Below the pieces are notes generated by a model, which worked only from the letters and a program-made list of their open reading frames with translations, made no database searches and was not told the DNA's origin. Shown here piece after piece: positions 8,837-18,314 of a stretch of DNA of 40,487 bases (its first letter is position 1; each line of letters opens with the position of its first letter). The position numbers were made by a program, and so were the translations under genes. Source of the stretch: a virus (Duplodnaviria > Caudoviricetes); the IMG/VR virus record IMGVR_UViG_3300043411_000841, positions 1 to 40,487 of that record. One strand, written 5' to 3'.

Positions 8837-10561
8837 ATGGCTGTAGAAAAAGGAAAAAAAAGAAGAAAAGATGTATATCTGAAAAACAATAAGGAACTTC
8901 CAATTGATGTGCAAGTGGATTATGAACCTTGGCAAATTGAAGAAATCAGAAAATGTAGGGAAGATATCATATACTTTGCACAAAATTATTTTTATATTGT
9001 GCATCTAGATCGGGGTAAGGAACTAATGCAGTTATATGATCCACAAATTAGAGCGATCAAAAAAATAGTAGAGAATCGTAACACTATAGTTTGTGCATCA
9101 AGACAATGCGGAAAAACCAGTTTTATGACGGTAGTATGTCTGTGGTATGCACTATTCAACAGTAATTATAACATTGCTATTCTTGCAAACAAGGAAAAAA
9201 TGGCAATGGAAATTTTACATAGAATAAAATTGGCATATCGCGGCTTGCCAACTTGGTTAAAATCCGGTGTTCCAGAATATACCAAGGAAAGTGTGGTTTT
9301 TTCCAATGAATCTAAAATATTTTCATCAACCACGTCCGCAGATTCTATCCGTGGACAATCAATCAATTTATTGTTCCTTGACGAGTTCGCATTCGTTCCA
9401 CCTGAAATTGCAGAAGAGTTCTTTGCATCTGCGGTCCCAACAATTTCATCATCAAAAAAATCGAAAATTGTCATAGTATCAACACCTTTCGGTGCAACAG
9501 GACTATATTATAATATTTTTTCTAAGGCAGAAAAAGGCGAAAATGGATGGGCATGGGAAAAAATGTATTGGTATGAGTTGCCTGATAGGGACGAGCAATG
9601 GAAGAAAGATCAATTAAAAATGATCAACCATGACATGGATAAATGGAATCAGGAATACGAACTCCAATTCTTGAATAATGGTCAGACAGCATTGAATGCC
9701 ATTTTGATCAAACGAATGAAGGAAGCATGTTTACCAGCACCTGAATCATTTGATGATGGAACATATCTATTATGGGAAGAACCTAAACCAAATAGAATTA
9801 TTACAATAGGGGTTGATATTTCTGAAGGTGTTGGTCAAGATTATTCGGTATCCCAAATATTAGACATTACTAACCCCACAGACATCAAACATTGTGGTGT
9901 TTTTGCAACCAATACTTTGAAACCATATGAATATGCAGAAAAATTAAATCAAATTGTTCGTTCATGGGGAAGACCCTTTTTATGTATTGAACGTAATGGA
10001 CCGGGTGGACAAGTTGTGGATGCAATGTTAAATGTCCATGGTTATGACAACATAGTATCAGTATCTAAAGTTGATGATGCGGCAGGTAGATATAAGGAAC
10101 AGATAGGAATAATATGTCATCAGAACAATAAACTGGCAGGCAATACCAACATGCGCTATTATCTCGAAACATTGGAATGTGTTCATTTAAGAGATATAAA
10201 AACCGTAACCGAATTCGAAACATATGTTAGGAAAACTAATGGTCGTTCATGGGGTGCAATGAAAGGGTATAATGATGATCGAATTATGGCACTAATATGG
10301 GCATTATTTTTATTAGAAAAAACTGTTGCTAACAAATACCTAGATATATTAGAATATGATGAAACGGGACAAGTGATTTCCATTGCTGATCCAAATCAAG
10401 ACATTGCGAATCAACTATTGGAATCATCTGGACCTAAAAAAATTGCATATGCAAGACTAGGCAATCAGCCACCACCATCATTATTCCAGTTTGGATCAAT
10501 GCCAAGTTATAGGGATGCCGAAATATCAGATTATATGAGTAGCGGATTCAAATTTGTCTAA
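8837..10561 (+). CDS. gp17: terminase large subunit
   Basis: Walker A ASRQCGKTS, Walker B LLFLDEFAF, IVSTPFG, nuclease IGVDISEG and DDRIMAL. Confidence 0.97.
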   Translation: MAVEKGKKRRKDVYLKNNKELPIDVQVDYEPWQIEEIRKCREDIIYFAQNYFYIVHLDRGKELMQLYDPQIRAIKKIVENRNTIVCASRQCGKTSFMTVVCLWYALFNSNYNIAILANKEKMAMEILHRIKLAYRGLPTWLKSGVPEYTKESVVFSNESKIFSSTTSADSIRGQSINLLFLDEFAFVPPEIAEEFFASAVPTISSSKKSKIVIVSTPFGATGLYYNIFSKAEKGENGWAWEKMYWYELPDRDEQWKKDQLKMINHDMDKWNQEYELQFLNNGQTALNAILIKRMKEACLPAPESFDDGTYLLWEEPKPNRIITIGVDISEGVGQDYSVSQILDITNPTDIKHCGVFATNTLKPYEYAEKLNQIVRSWGRPFLCIERNGPGGQVVDAMLNVHGYDNIVSVSKVDDAAGRYKEQIGIICHQNNKLAGNTNMRYYLETLECVHLRDIKTVTEFETYVRKTNGRSWGAMKGYNDDRIMALIWALFLLEKTVANKYLDILEYDETGQVISIADPNQDIANQLLESSGPKKIAYARLGNQPPPSLFQFGSMPSYRDAEISDYMSSGFKFV

Positions 10562-10570
10562 ATAGATATC

Positions 10571-10903
10571 ATGTATGAATATAATGCCAAAATTTTGCGC
10601 GTGGTTGATGGTGATACCATTGAAGTAGAACTAGATTTAGGATTTCATCTAAAATATAAAAATATGATTCGTCTTGCCCGAATAAATGCGGACGAATTAC
10701 GTGATGGCGATCCTGAAAAACGGAATAATGCAAAAAAAGCAAAAGAATATCTAACAGTATTGTTACCTAAAGATACATCCGTGGTAGTACTTAGTAAGGC
10801 ACTTGATAAATATGGCAGAATTTTAGGTGAAATCCTGGTCAATCAACTCAATGTTGTGGATAAATTATTGGAAGAAAAGTTAGTAAATTTATATGGCAAA
10901 TAA
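10571..10903 (+). CDS. thermonuclease (SNase-like)
   Basis: RVVDGDTI, IRLARINADE and DKYGRILG. Confidence 0.9.
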   Translation: MYEYNAKILRVVDGDTIEVELDLGFHLKYKNMIRLARINADELRDGDPEKRNNAKKAKEYLTVLLPKDTSVVVLSKALDKYGRILGEILVNQLNVVDKLLEEKLVNLYGK

Positions 10904-11507
10904 AATTCCAACCAAACCTACAATTCCAGATAGTTGTCCGGTTCAACCAGCAGAATCAGAAGGATATTATACTGAATTACAAAGCCATACTAATGTTGCA
11001 CGGCGCGATAAATTTAGGCTGACATTGGATGTTCCTTGTTTGTTGAAACCGTTGTTAAAAAAAGAAAATAGATTCTGTCATGGTGGTTCATTGGACAGAC
11101 TATCATTTTCCGTCTGGGGATATGTAGTTCCTGAAGTGTCTGTTCCTGCCGAAGAAATATCTTATGGTGGGGAAGTTTTTCAATATTCATCTAATTCCAA
11201 ACCATCTTATGGTGCAGTAAACGTGAACTTTACGGTTGATAATAAATTTGATAATTATTTTATACTATGGAAATGGTTGGAACTACAGAAGAATAATGAA
11301 GACCAATGTTTTTCATCCATGCCAGATTATATGACGACGATCACAGTTCATGCACTTGATGAATATAATAATCCGCTTGCCGAATGGAATTATACAAATG
11401 CATTTATATCCTCATTAGGTAGTTTAGAACCTGCTAGTCGAGACACATCTGAACTGGAATCAACCTTTGCATTCAATTTTTCACAACTTGAAATGCGATT
11501 GATTTAG
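10893..11507 (+). CDS. gp19: tail tube protein (gp19-like)
   Basis: VNFTVD..WKWLE..LDEYNNPLAEWNYTNAFISSLG..FAFNF pattern; next to the sheath gene. Confidence 0.7.
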   Translation: MANKIPTKPTIPDSCPVQPAESEGYYTELQSHTNVARRDKFRLTLDVPCLLKPLLKKENRFCHGGSLDRLSFSVWGYVVPEVSVPAEEISYGGEVFQYSSNSKPSYGAVNVNFTVDNKFDNYFILWKWLELQKNNEDQCFSSMPDYMTTITVHALDEYNNPLAEWNYTNAFISSLGSLEPASRDTSELESTFAFNFSQLEMRLI

Positions 11508-11514
11508 AAAAAAC

Positions 11515-11543
11515 TTGACATCTGATCATAAGTAGATTAATAT
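11515..11543 (+). promoter_or_regulatory. sigma70-type promoter
   Basis: TTGACA-N17-TAATAT, ATG 5 nt downstream. Confidence 0.75.
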
Positions 11544-11548
11544 ACGAT

Positions 11549-11989
11549 ATGAAAACAAAATTTCTTTCTCTACTATTGGTGCTGGCCTTTACATCTTGTG
11601 CTAGCAGAACTACTCCATTTGGCAAAGACGTAACTGTTGGAACTGACACTAAAGGTTATGTTGCGGCAAGCGGTAATGCTGAATTTTCTATCAATGGAGG
11701 CTCATTAAAAGCAGATAAAATTCTGCTAATTGATGATGAAAATCAAAGTGCCTCGTTTTCAAAAGCAGTTGGTCTTGGACAAACCATTGTTAGATGGTAT
11801 ACTGCGGCAGGTGCTATCAAGTCTCTGGGTAAAGTAGGTGGCAGTGTGCTGCGTTCGAAAGAAGCAACTGCCCGGACGGTCAGTAACAATGCGGCATCTG
11901 TTGAACAAGCTAAGATTGCGGCTGATGTGTCCAAGACGCAAATTGAAGCTGATGCCGCAACATCACAGTTACAGATAACAAATCCATAA
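11549..11989 (+). CDS. lipoprotein (moron-like)
   Basis: Signal peptide MKTKFLSLLLVLAFTS-C with lipobox. Confidence 0.75.
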   Translation: MKTKFLSLLLVLAFTSCASRTTPFGKDVTVGTDTKGYVAASGNAEFSINGGSLKADKILLIDDENQSASFSKAVGLGQTIVRWYTAAGAIKSLGKVGGSVLRSKEATARTVSNNAASVEQAKIAADVSKTQIEADAATSQLQITNP

Positions 11990-12004
11990 TTAATAAAATA
12001 TATT

Positions 12005-12038
12005 TAAGAAACCGGTTCAAAACTGAACCGGTTTCTTA
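12005..12038 (+). terminator. terminator hairpin
   Basis: TAAGAAACCGGTTCA-aaac-TGAACCGGTTTCTTA, 15-bp stem. Confidence 0.75.
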
Positions 12039-12096
12039 TTTAGTAGTATATAATACACGGTTCTATAAATTGCCAGATTTTTATAAATAATGAAAT

Positions 12097-15000
12097 ATGG
12101 CATCATTACCTACGCATTTAAGTCCCTCGGTAGAAATTCGAGAAAACGACCTCACCACACAGCAAACAACTCCGGTTGGAACAACTGTATTAGTTCCAGG
12201 GTTCGCTGAACAGGGACCAACTGAACCGACCTATGTTTCATCTATTCAAGAATTTGAAGAACTGTTTGGACTTCCAACATGTCCTGCAACAAGATATTCA
12301 TATAATAGTGTAAGACAAATTTTGACCACTAGCCCTGGTAACGTGTTGTTCACCAGAACACCTTTTGGTAGTGGTGGTGGTTATGGATATAGTTCTGAAT
12401 ATTCTGCACTAGTATATCCTGTAATTGGTGTTTCAGCAGTAGAAAAAAATGTTTGTGAATACTATAGAAATGTGGATGAAGAAACCTGTAAAGTGGATTT
12501 CCCTGCACTATATAATGCATACTTTGTAAGTTCGGCCATTTGTTATGGTTCGTCTAATCTGGAATGCCCCCTTAATAGTCAAGATGAGACCGCAGGTAGA
12601 TTATATATTCATGATCATCCAGTAGAATATAATTCTATTTGGACTGGTTTTAAATTTGTTGTTGATTCTGATACAACAGCAGAAAATCTTAGGGTTTTTC
12701 AATTAAGACCCGATACGACAAGTGGTGTTACTACTTATACTATCGTGACCTCAATAAATCTATCAGCAATTTATGCTAACATTGATGAAGACCAAAGTCA
12801 TTTGTCTAATGATAGTAAGCGTCTGATTGTTGATATCTCAACCTCACCATTTGCAAGTGATTATTCGATCACAACTGGTTTATTGAGTGGACAAACTGTT
12901 GCAGGTATCGGTGTTAGTGCAGGTGATATTTTTGGAACATATTCAACCGATGCTGTTCTGAAATATTATAATGCAGATGCATCAGTTGCAGGAACTTATA
13001 ATACTGGTTTGACTACCCTTGCTCAACTATCGGCAGGTAGGACATTTACTGCATATGCATCTTCTGTGTCTGCGGTTACACAAGATTTCTTGATTTCTTT
13101 CTGTGCAACTCCTGTTGAAGCAGGTCTTAGTTGCTCAACGATCACGGCACTTGGACTGACAGTTCCAGACGAAGATAAGTATGACTTCTATCCTATTGCT
13201 GGTGATGCACAATTAAATGATGCCAATTTCTATGTATTTGGTGAACCGATTGTTAAGAACCTGAATGCGGGTGAATATGAATTACTACAGAATGGTCAAT
13301 TTAACTGGCAGTGTGGAACATTTGACAATGTTGAACCTGCACTTGATGTGGTGAACAACAATGTTCGTGGTGGTATAATCGTGGTAAACGACCTTCAATC
13401 TACACAGGGAGAAGATTTCACAGGTTATTACCTTGCACTGAACGACAATCTTAATATCAACCCTGCAACTGATTTTGATGCACTTACAGGTGTTGCTGGA
13501 TATTATAGCACAACATGCCCTGGTGTTTCTGGTGCATGGATAGATGTTCCATCAGATCGTTGGAACTTCAAAGTGTCTGAGATTTTTAGTGGGACCGGTG
13601 GTTCTATTTCTGAAATTGTTGAGAATACTGTTGGTCCTAAATTTGCAGCAAAAGACTTTAATGATTCTCTTGCAGTATCGTTGTTCAAACTCAAACCTTC
13701 TAGAATGACTGAGACCATTAATAAACTTAATGCGAGCTTGGTGGAAAAATATGTTGGCTCATTGAATAAAAACAAGAAAATCAATGACGAATTTGGTGGT
13801 CCTCCACGTTCAGGATTTATTGAAGATGCGGTTAATACTTCACGTCGAATCAAAATGTTTGTCAACCCATATCTATCTGAAAATAATTGCTGGAATGACA
13901 ATTCTGGAGTTCCACAAAAAACAGTAAGAATGTATAGGGAAAAAACCGCAACAGTGTTTGATAATTTTGATGCACAGGCAACACTTAATGCATATGGTAA
14001 TAAACTATATGGAACGGGTTCTTACAATGGTAACTGTCGCGATGAGTTATTCACACTCTGCCAGAAAAAAGATATTGGTAATCTTCCGCTCAAGATAGAG
14101 CGTGCATTGATGGCGGTTGAAAATCCTTTGGATTATCCTATTGATATAGTTGTTGATGGTGGTTTATCTACTATTTGGGCAACTCGTCAATCAGTCACTA
14201 CTAATGATTGCATCACCGATCCATCAATTTGTTATTACTATGATGATACATATTTTGTTGATACCGATGCACTTAGTCCTTTCAATGGAATTAATATGAT
14301 TTCTACACTTGAACAAGCATGGACGACTGTTGCAAATGTGTTAAACAATTTCAACTTCACTCGTAAAACTGCGGGAGATGCCGGTGTTTTTGTCGTGCTT
14401 GATCCACTTCGCCAAACACTGGTCAATGGTAAAGATTATAAGATTGGTAATCGTCAAAAGAATATTATGCTTGATCCTACAACTGGTCAACCTACAGAGA
14501 AATATACAACTTTTGCACGTAATATCTTTGCACCTCTTAAAAATCTGACTGAAAACATTAATAGTTCGTATGCTACCTGTGCAGGTAACTGGATTAAATC
14601 TTATGATTCTAGTTCAGATTCTTATAGCTGGTATGGTCCTTCGTCATTCATTGCAGCCAAGGAATGCCGTAAAGATGGTAATGCATATCCATGGACTCCT
14701 GGATTTGGTCAAACCTATGGTGGTTTGTCCAATGTTATTGACCTTGCATATAATCCTAACCTAAAGGAACGTGATCTGCTTTCTCGCATTTCATTGAACC
14801 CAATCGTTCGATTCCCTGAAGGATACTTGGTATATAACTGCCTGACTCTGAATAAATCTTCGTCATCTGCACTAAACAAAGATTATATCCGTCGTGGTCT
14901 TCTATGGTTAGAAAAAGCACTGATCGTAACTTCCAGACCATTTATTGGACTCCCTAATAATATAACAACCCGCACACGCTTGAAAAACGTGACAACCAAT

Positions 15001-15174
15001 GTCTTGCAATATATGAAAGATAATAGTGGTCTGAAAGATTATCAGGTTATTGTCAAAGGATCTGGCAGCAATATTCAACTGAGTGTATATGTGAACTTTG
15101 TTCAAGGCGTTGAACATATATTGATTGATGTCAATATATATGACGATTCACTGAGTATCAACGAATTGGTATAA
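12097..15174 (+). CDS. gp18: contractile tail sheath protein with large insertion
   Basis: SPSVEIRENDLT..GFAEQGP..EFEELFGLP N-terminus; YPWTPGFG, LNPIVRFP, YIRRGLL and PNNITTR C-terminal motifs; TATAAATA 7 nt upstream. Confidence 0.95.
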   Translation: MASLPTHLSPSVEIRENDLTTQQTTPVGTTVLVPGFAEQGPTEPTYVSSIQEFEELFGLPTCPATRYSYNSVRQILTTSPGNVLFTRTPFGSGGGYGYSSEYSALVYPVIGVSAVEKNVCEYYRNVDEETCKVDFPALYNAYFVSSAICYGSSNLECPLNSQDETAGRLYIHDHPVEYNSIWTGFKFVVDSDTTAENLRVFQLRPDTTSGVTTYTIVTSINLSAIYANIDEDQSHLSNDSKRLIVDISTSPFASDYSITTGLLSGQTVAGIGVSAGDIFGTYSTDAVLKYYNADASVAGTYNTGLTTLAQLSAGRTFTAYASSVSAVTQDFLISFCATPVEAGLSCSTITALGLTVPDEDKYDFYPIAGDAQLNDANFYVFGEPIVKNLNAGEYELLQNGQFNWQCGTFDNVEPALDVVNNNVRGGIIVVNDLQSTQGEDFTGYYLALNDNLNINPATDFDALTGVAGYYSTTCPGVSGAWIDVPSDRWNFKVSEIFSGTGGSISEIVENTVGPKFAAKDFNDSLAVSLFKLKPSRMTETINKLNASLVEKYVGSLNKNKKINDEFGGPPRSGFIEDAVNTSRRIKMFVNPYLSENNCWNDNSGVPQKTVRMYREKTATVFDNFDAQATLNAYGNKLYGTGSYNGNCRDELFTLCQKKDIGNLPLKIERALMAVENPLDYPIDIVVDGGLSTIWATRQSVTTNDCITDPSICYYYDDTYFVDTDALSPFNGINMISTLEQAWTTVANVLNNFNFTRKTAGDAGVFVVLDPLRQTLVNGKDYKIGNRQKNIMLDPTTGQPTEKYTTFARNIFAPLKNLTENINSSYATCAGNWIKSYDSSSDSYSWYGPSSFIAAKECRKDGNAYPWTPGFGQTYGGLSNVIDLAYNPNLKERDLLSRISLNPIVRFPEGYLVYNCLTLNKSSSSALNKDYIRRGLLWLEKALIVTSRPFIGLPNNITTRTRLKNVTTNVLQYMKDNSGLKDYQVIVKGSGSNIQLSVYVNFVQGVEHILIDVNIYDDSLSINELV

Positions 15175-15186
15175 TAGTATAAAACG

Positions 15187-15220
15187 AAACCGTGGATAAC
15201 ATTGTTATCCACGGTTTTTT
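15187..15220. terminator. bidirectional terminator
   Basis: AAACCGTGGATAACA-t-TGTTATCCACGGTTT plus T run, between convergent genes. Confidence 0.8.
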
Positions 15221-15228
15221 GTGTTCTT

Positions 15229-15480
15229 TTAACGATATACTTTACTAGGGAAATACGGTCCAATACTATTGTGTAATCTTTTCATTTCTGATGTTTGGTT
15301 ATCACCAAATTGTTTAAAGAAATCAGCTAATTGCCCATCACCAGATGCAGTGAACATTGCTTCTAATGACATGCACACGCCATGTGCTGCCGATAAATGT
15401 GACCGTAAGACATCTAATTTATCCACAATCTTTGCACTCGGATCATCCCTTTCTAAGTATAATTTTTGTAATTTATCCAT
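15229..15480 (-). CDS. small protein, possible internal head protein
   Basis: Starts MDKLQKLYLE; coupled to the upstream lipoprotein gene. Confidence 0.55.
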   Translation of the reverse strand: MDKLQKLYLERDDPSAKIVDKLDVLRSHLSAAHGVCMSLEAMFTASGDGQLADFFKQFGDNQTSEMKRLHNSIGPYFPSKVYR

Positions 15481-15734
15481 TATCGTATTTTATTCAGATT
15501 CTTCCATTCACTGATTTTGTCAACAAATTTTTTATATTTCAGTGAATTCTCTACAAATTCGTCAGACACCACAAAATTGTTTGCTGTTGCTGCAATGATT
15601 GGTTTTCTACTGTATTCTTTGGTTGTTGGTAATATCGGAAATGGTGATAACGCTCTCTCCTTTTCTATCACTTGTGGTTCTGGTATAGAAACACAGCTTG
15701 ATAACAGAATACATAATATAAAATTTCTGACCAT
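15480..15734 (-). CDS. late lipoprotein, possible o-spanin
   Basis: Lipobox LSS-C followed by a Pro-rich linker; TAAATA 6 nt upstream. Confidence 0.5.
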   Translation of the reverse strand: MVRNFILCILLSSCVSIPEPQVIEKERALSPFPILPTTKEYSRKPIIAATANNFVVSDEFVENSLKYKKFVDKISEWKNLNKIR

Positions 15735-15740
15735 AAACCG

Positions 15741-15753
15741 TATTTAATAAATA
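15741..15753. promoter_or_regulatory. back-to-back late-type promoters
   Basis: TATTTA-a-TAAATA in a 24-bp gap, 6 and 5 nt from the two divergent starts. Confidence 0.65.
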
Positions 15754-15758
15754 CCTAG

Positions 15759-16463
15759 GTGAACAATTTCAAACACCATTTTCAACTTTTTCTGGAACGA
15801 AAATATTTTTCTGATAACTTAGTGTTGTTCAGAAATATGGTATCACAACTGAAGATGCAACTAAAGGATTCTATTGATATCGTGGATGATGAGTTTTATT
15901 TAGATTTTGATGAAGATTCAACCGTAAGAATGAAGATACTGATGAGCCCACCAAAATCCATTAGTAAAAAACATTTTGGTGATGATGCGATTTATAATCC
16001 TTCAGACGAAACTATATATTTGTTTCTTAAAAATATATTTGATGATATCCCCGTGGATAAAATAATCCCATATACAAGGAAAATGCCAGTAAGATTGGAA
16101 GAAGTAGTTATTCATGAATTATCTCATGCATACGAACATATAAAAAGGGAGCTTGATGACGATACTAAATTACCATCTGTTGCACATTACACTGGACCTG
16201 AAGACGAGACTATACGAAGTAGCAGCAAAAGATATATAAATAATCTTGCAGAAATAAATTCATATTTACACCAATGGATAGGACGGGAACTTAAAACACG
16301 TAGTTTGATTTATTATATGTCTACAGGAGATGTCACTGGTGCTGCTAAATACTTGTTTAATAAAATACGAATTGAGCCGCATTTTAATAATTTATTTGAC
16401 AAAAATAAAAAATGGTTTTACAAAACAATTTATACTACATTGGATCATTTAATCGCTAAATAA
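15759..16463 (+). CDS. zincin-like (HExxH) protein, probably virion-packaged
   Basis: VVIHELSHAYEH and YINNLAEINSY; N-terminus FKHHFQLFLE. Confidence 0.6.
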   Translation: MNNFKHHFQLFLERKYFSDNLVLFRNMVSQLKMQLKDSIDIVDDEFYLDFDEDSTVRMKILMSPPKSISKKHFGDDAIYNPSDETIYLFLKNIFDDIPVDKIIPYTRKMPVRLEEVVIHELSHAYEHIKRELDDDTKLPSVAHYTGPEDETIRSSSKRYINNLAEINSYLHQWIGRELKTRSLIYYMSTGDVTGAAKYLFNKIRIEPHFNNLFDKNKKWFYKTIYTTLDHLIAK

Positions 16464-16471
16464 GGAACGAA

Positions 16472-17077
16472 ATGTCTGATATAAATGAATTACTGGCTGC
16501 ACTAAAAAGTAACTTAGGTTCTGCTGAAGAAATAATCGAAACCCAATCGCTCTTGGAAAAGCGCAAAGATTTACAAGAACAATTCAAACAATCTCCTATT
16601 GATGCGACCATTGAACAACTGGTTAAGAATATTGATGCAAACGAAAAAATATTACAAGCAACCAAAAATCTGGTCGAACAAACTGATCAACCAGAATATA
16701 TTGAAAGTTTCTCCAATGTATCAAAAGCTAATTCCGAAAATCTAAAAATATTGTCATTGTTGATAACTGAACGAGAAAAAATCAGATCGCAAGAAGAACT
16801 AAAGAAAAAAGAAATGGAAGAAAAAGAAAAACTGGCAAGGCTTCAGATTGAAAGTAAAGAAAAAATTGCCAAAATGAATATTGAAAGTAAAGAAAAAATA
16901 GCAGAAGGTAAAAAGGTTGAACAACCTAAATTACAACAGAATAATATGATGGTTCTGACTGCCACAAGGGATCAATTATTTGATGCCCTGTTCTCTGATA
17001 AAAAAGAAGAGAAAATGAAAGAATTGTTAAAGGATAATGGATTAATTCAAGATGCAGAAGTTGTAGAAAGTGTTTGA
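16472..17077 (+). CDS. gp16: probable terminase small subunit (gp16-like)
   Basis: Helical; QPEYIESFSNVSKANSENLKIL and QNNMMVLTATRDQLF resemble the gp16 HPRAYEV..NNLFVGST.EL segments. Confidence 0.55.
   Translation: MSDINELLAALKSNLGSAEEIIETQSLLEKRKDLQEQFKQSPIDATIEQLVKNIDANEKILQATKNLVEQTDQPEYIESFSNVSKANSENLKILSLLITEREKIRSQEELKKKEMEEKEKLARLQIESKEKIAKMNIESKEKIAEGKKVEQPKLQQNNMMVLTATRDQLFDALFSDKKEEKMKELLKDNGLIQDAEVVESV
16847..16899 (+). repeat. direct repeat with 33-bp period
   Basis: ATTGAAAGTAAAGAAAAAAT at 16847 and 16880 (IESKEKIA twice). Confidence 0.8.
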
Positions 17078-17100
17078 TTCCGGAAATAAGTATTTTTCAT

Positions 17101-17547
17101 ATGAAGATAACTATAACAAACAGCAGAAAAATAGAAAACACTGATATAAAATCTTCAAATCTATTTTTAGAGGTAGGGATTACATTGATAGTTGAAAATG
17201 ATCGTTTGGTGACAGCACAAGGATATGAAATATTGGATGCTAAAGGCACCAAGCATTTAGGTCCTATTGATGTATACGAAGATAATAAACATGTAGGATA
17301 TAATTGTCAAATAGATGGAAAACCTTTCTTGCGATACAATTGGATTGATGGCATACAATATGTTAAATCGTATGAAAAAGATGGAACTATTAGAGAGTTT
17401 GAACACAATCCGCCGTGGTATTCAGAAGAAGATTCAATAAAACGATATAATACGTTTTATAATGAATTTGTTGAAAAAGGTCGGATCGACATAGATAATA
17501 TATATGATCTGGTTGATATGTGGGGATGGAAAAGACGTGGAATTTAA
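17101..17547 (+). CDS. hypothetical protein
   Basis: ATG 17101 is 8 nt after TAAGTA. Confidence 0.6.
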   Translation: MKITITNSRKIENTDIKSSNLFLEVGITLIVENDRLVTAQGYEILDAKGTKHLGPIDVYEDNKHVGYNCQIDGKPFLRYNWIDGIQYVKSYEKDGTIREFEHNPPWYSEEDSIKRYNTFYNEFVEKGRIDIDNIYDLVDMWGWKRRGI

Positions 17548-17560
17548 GAGTTAAATTTAC

Positions 17561-17589
17561 TTGACACCCATCTAGCTGAATGCTATGAT
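17561..17589 (+). promoter_or_regulatory. sigma70-type promoter
   Basis: TTGACA-N17-TATGAT with extended TG; ATG 5 nt downstream. Confidence 0.8.
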
Positions 17590-17594
17590 GGTGG

Positions 17595-18272
17595 ATGACA
17601 AAAACGTATTCAACATTATATGCACGAGCAACCACAGGTAAAATTCTTGAATGGTTTGTAGAACAGGAAGGGGGAAAATACAGAGTTATATCAGGCCAAC
17701 AAGATGGTAAAAAAGTTGTGAGTGAATGGTCATTAGCAAGTCCTAAAAACGTGGGAAAGGCGAATGAGACTACAGATGTTGAACAGGCAACAATAGAAAT
17801 TGAGGCACTATATACAAAGAAAAAGAAACAGAAATATAAAGATAAGGTAGAAGACATTGATGTGCAAACATACTTCAAACCAATGTTGGCAAAGAAGTAT
17901 GTTGATTACAAAGATAAGATTAATGTCTTTGATGGCAATTGGTTGGCACAATTGAAATTTAATGGGTGTGTTTCGGGTGATACCATGATTCAACTGAAAG
18001 GTATTAAAGATCCAGTGTCCATAAAAAAAGTCGTGGATGAACATATGGAAGGTAAAGTGTTATCTTTTAATTTCAAAAAAAACCGTAAAGAATATAAAAA
18101 AATATTAAATCGCAAATCTTCATTATTTCCTGACGGAAATTGGTTGGAAATAACGTTAGAAAACGGGTCCACTATACAAGTGACTGATAATCATCCTTTT
18201 TTCATGCCAACATTGAAATGTTGGAGAATGGCCGGAGAATTAGTAATTGGTGATGAACTATATATTCACTGA
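17595..18272 (+). CDS. ATP-dependent DNA ligase N-extein fused to split intein N-half
   Basis: KNVGKANETT, KPMLA and QLKFNG ligase motifs, then CVSGDT..TDNHPF intein blocks A and B. Confidence 0.92.
   Translation: MTKTYSTLYARATTGKILEWFVEQEGGKYRVISGQQDGKKVVSEWSLASPKNVGKANETTDVEQATIEIEALYTKKKKQKYKDKVEDIDVQTYFKPMLAKKYVDYKDKINVFDGNWLAQLKFNGCVSGDTMIQLKGIKDPVSIKKVVDEHMEGKVLSFNFKKNRKEYKKILNRKSSLFPDGNWLEITLENGSTIQVTDNHPFFMPTLKCWRMAGELVIGDELYIH
17967..18269 (+). mobile_element. split intein N-fragment (101 aa)
   Basis: Starts with Cys (CVSGDTMI), TxxH motif, ends GELVIGDELYIH followed by TGA TAG. Confidence 0.9.
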
Positions 18273-18287
18273 TAGCATGGCTGTCAG

Positions 18288-18314
18288 TATAAATACAATG
18301 GATGGTATCCATTG
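18288..18314 (+). promoter_or_regulatory. late promoter plus start-codon hairpin
   Basis: TATAAATA 18288-18295; CAATGGAT-ggt-ATCCATTG hairpin includes ATG 18302. Confidence 0.55.

Noticed and set aside
15187-15217. Inverted DnaA-box-like pair (TTATCCACG) as a replication origin
   Set aside because: One mismatch from consensus, only two copies, and they form the stem of a T-tailed hairpin between convergent genes; a terminator explains it.
16847-16899. Direct repeat as a packaging or regulatory site
   Set aside because: An in-frame 11-residue helical duplication explains it; there is no independent evidence for a DNA-level role.
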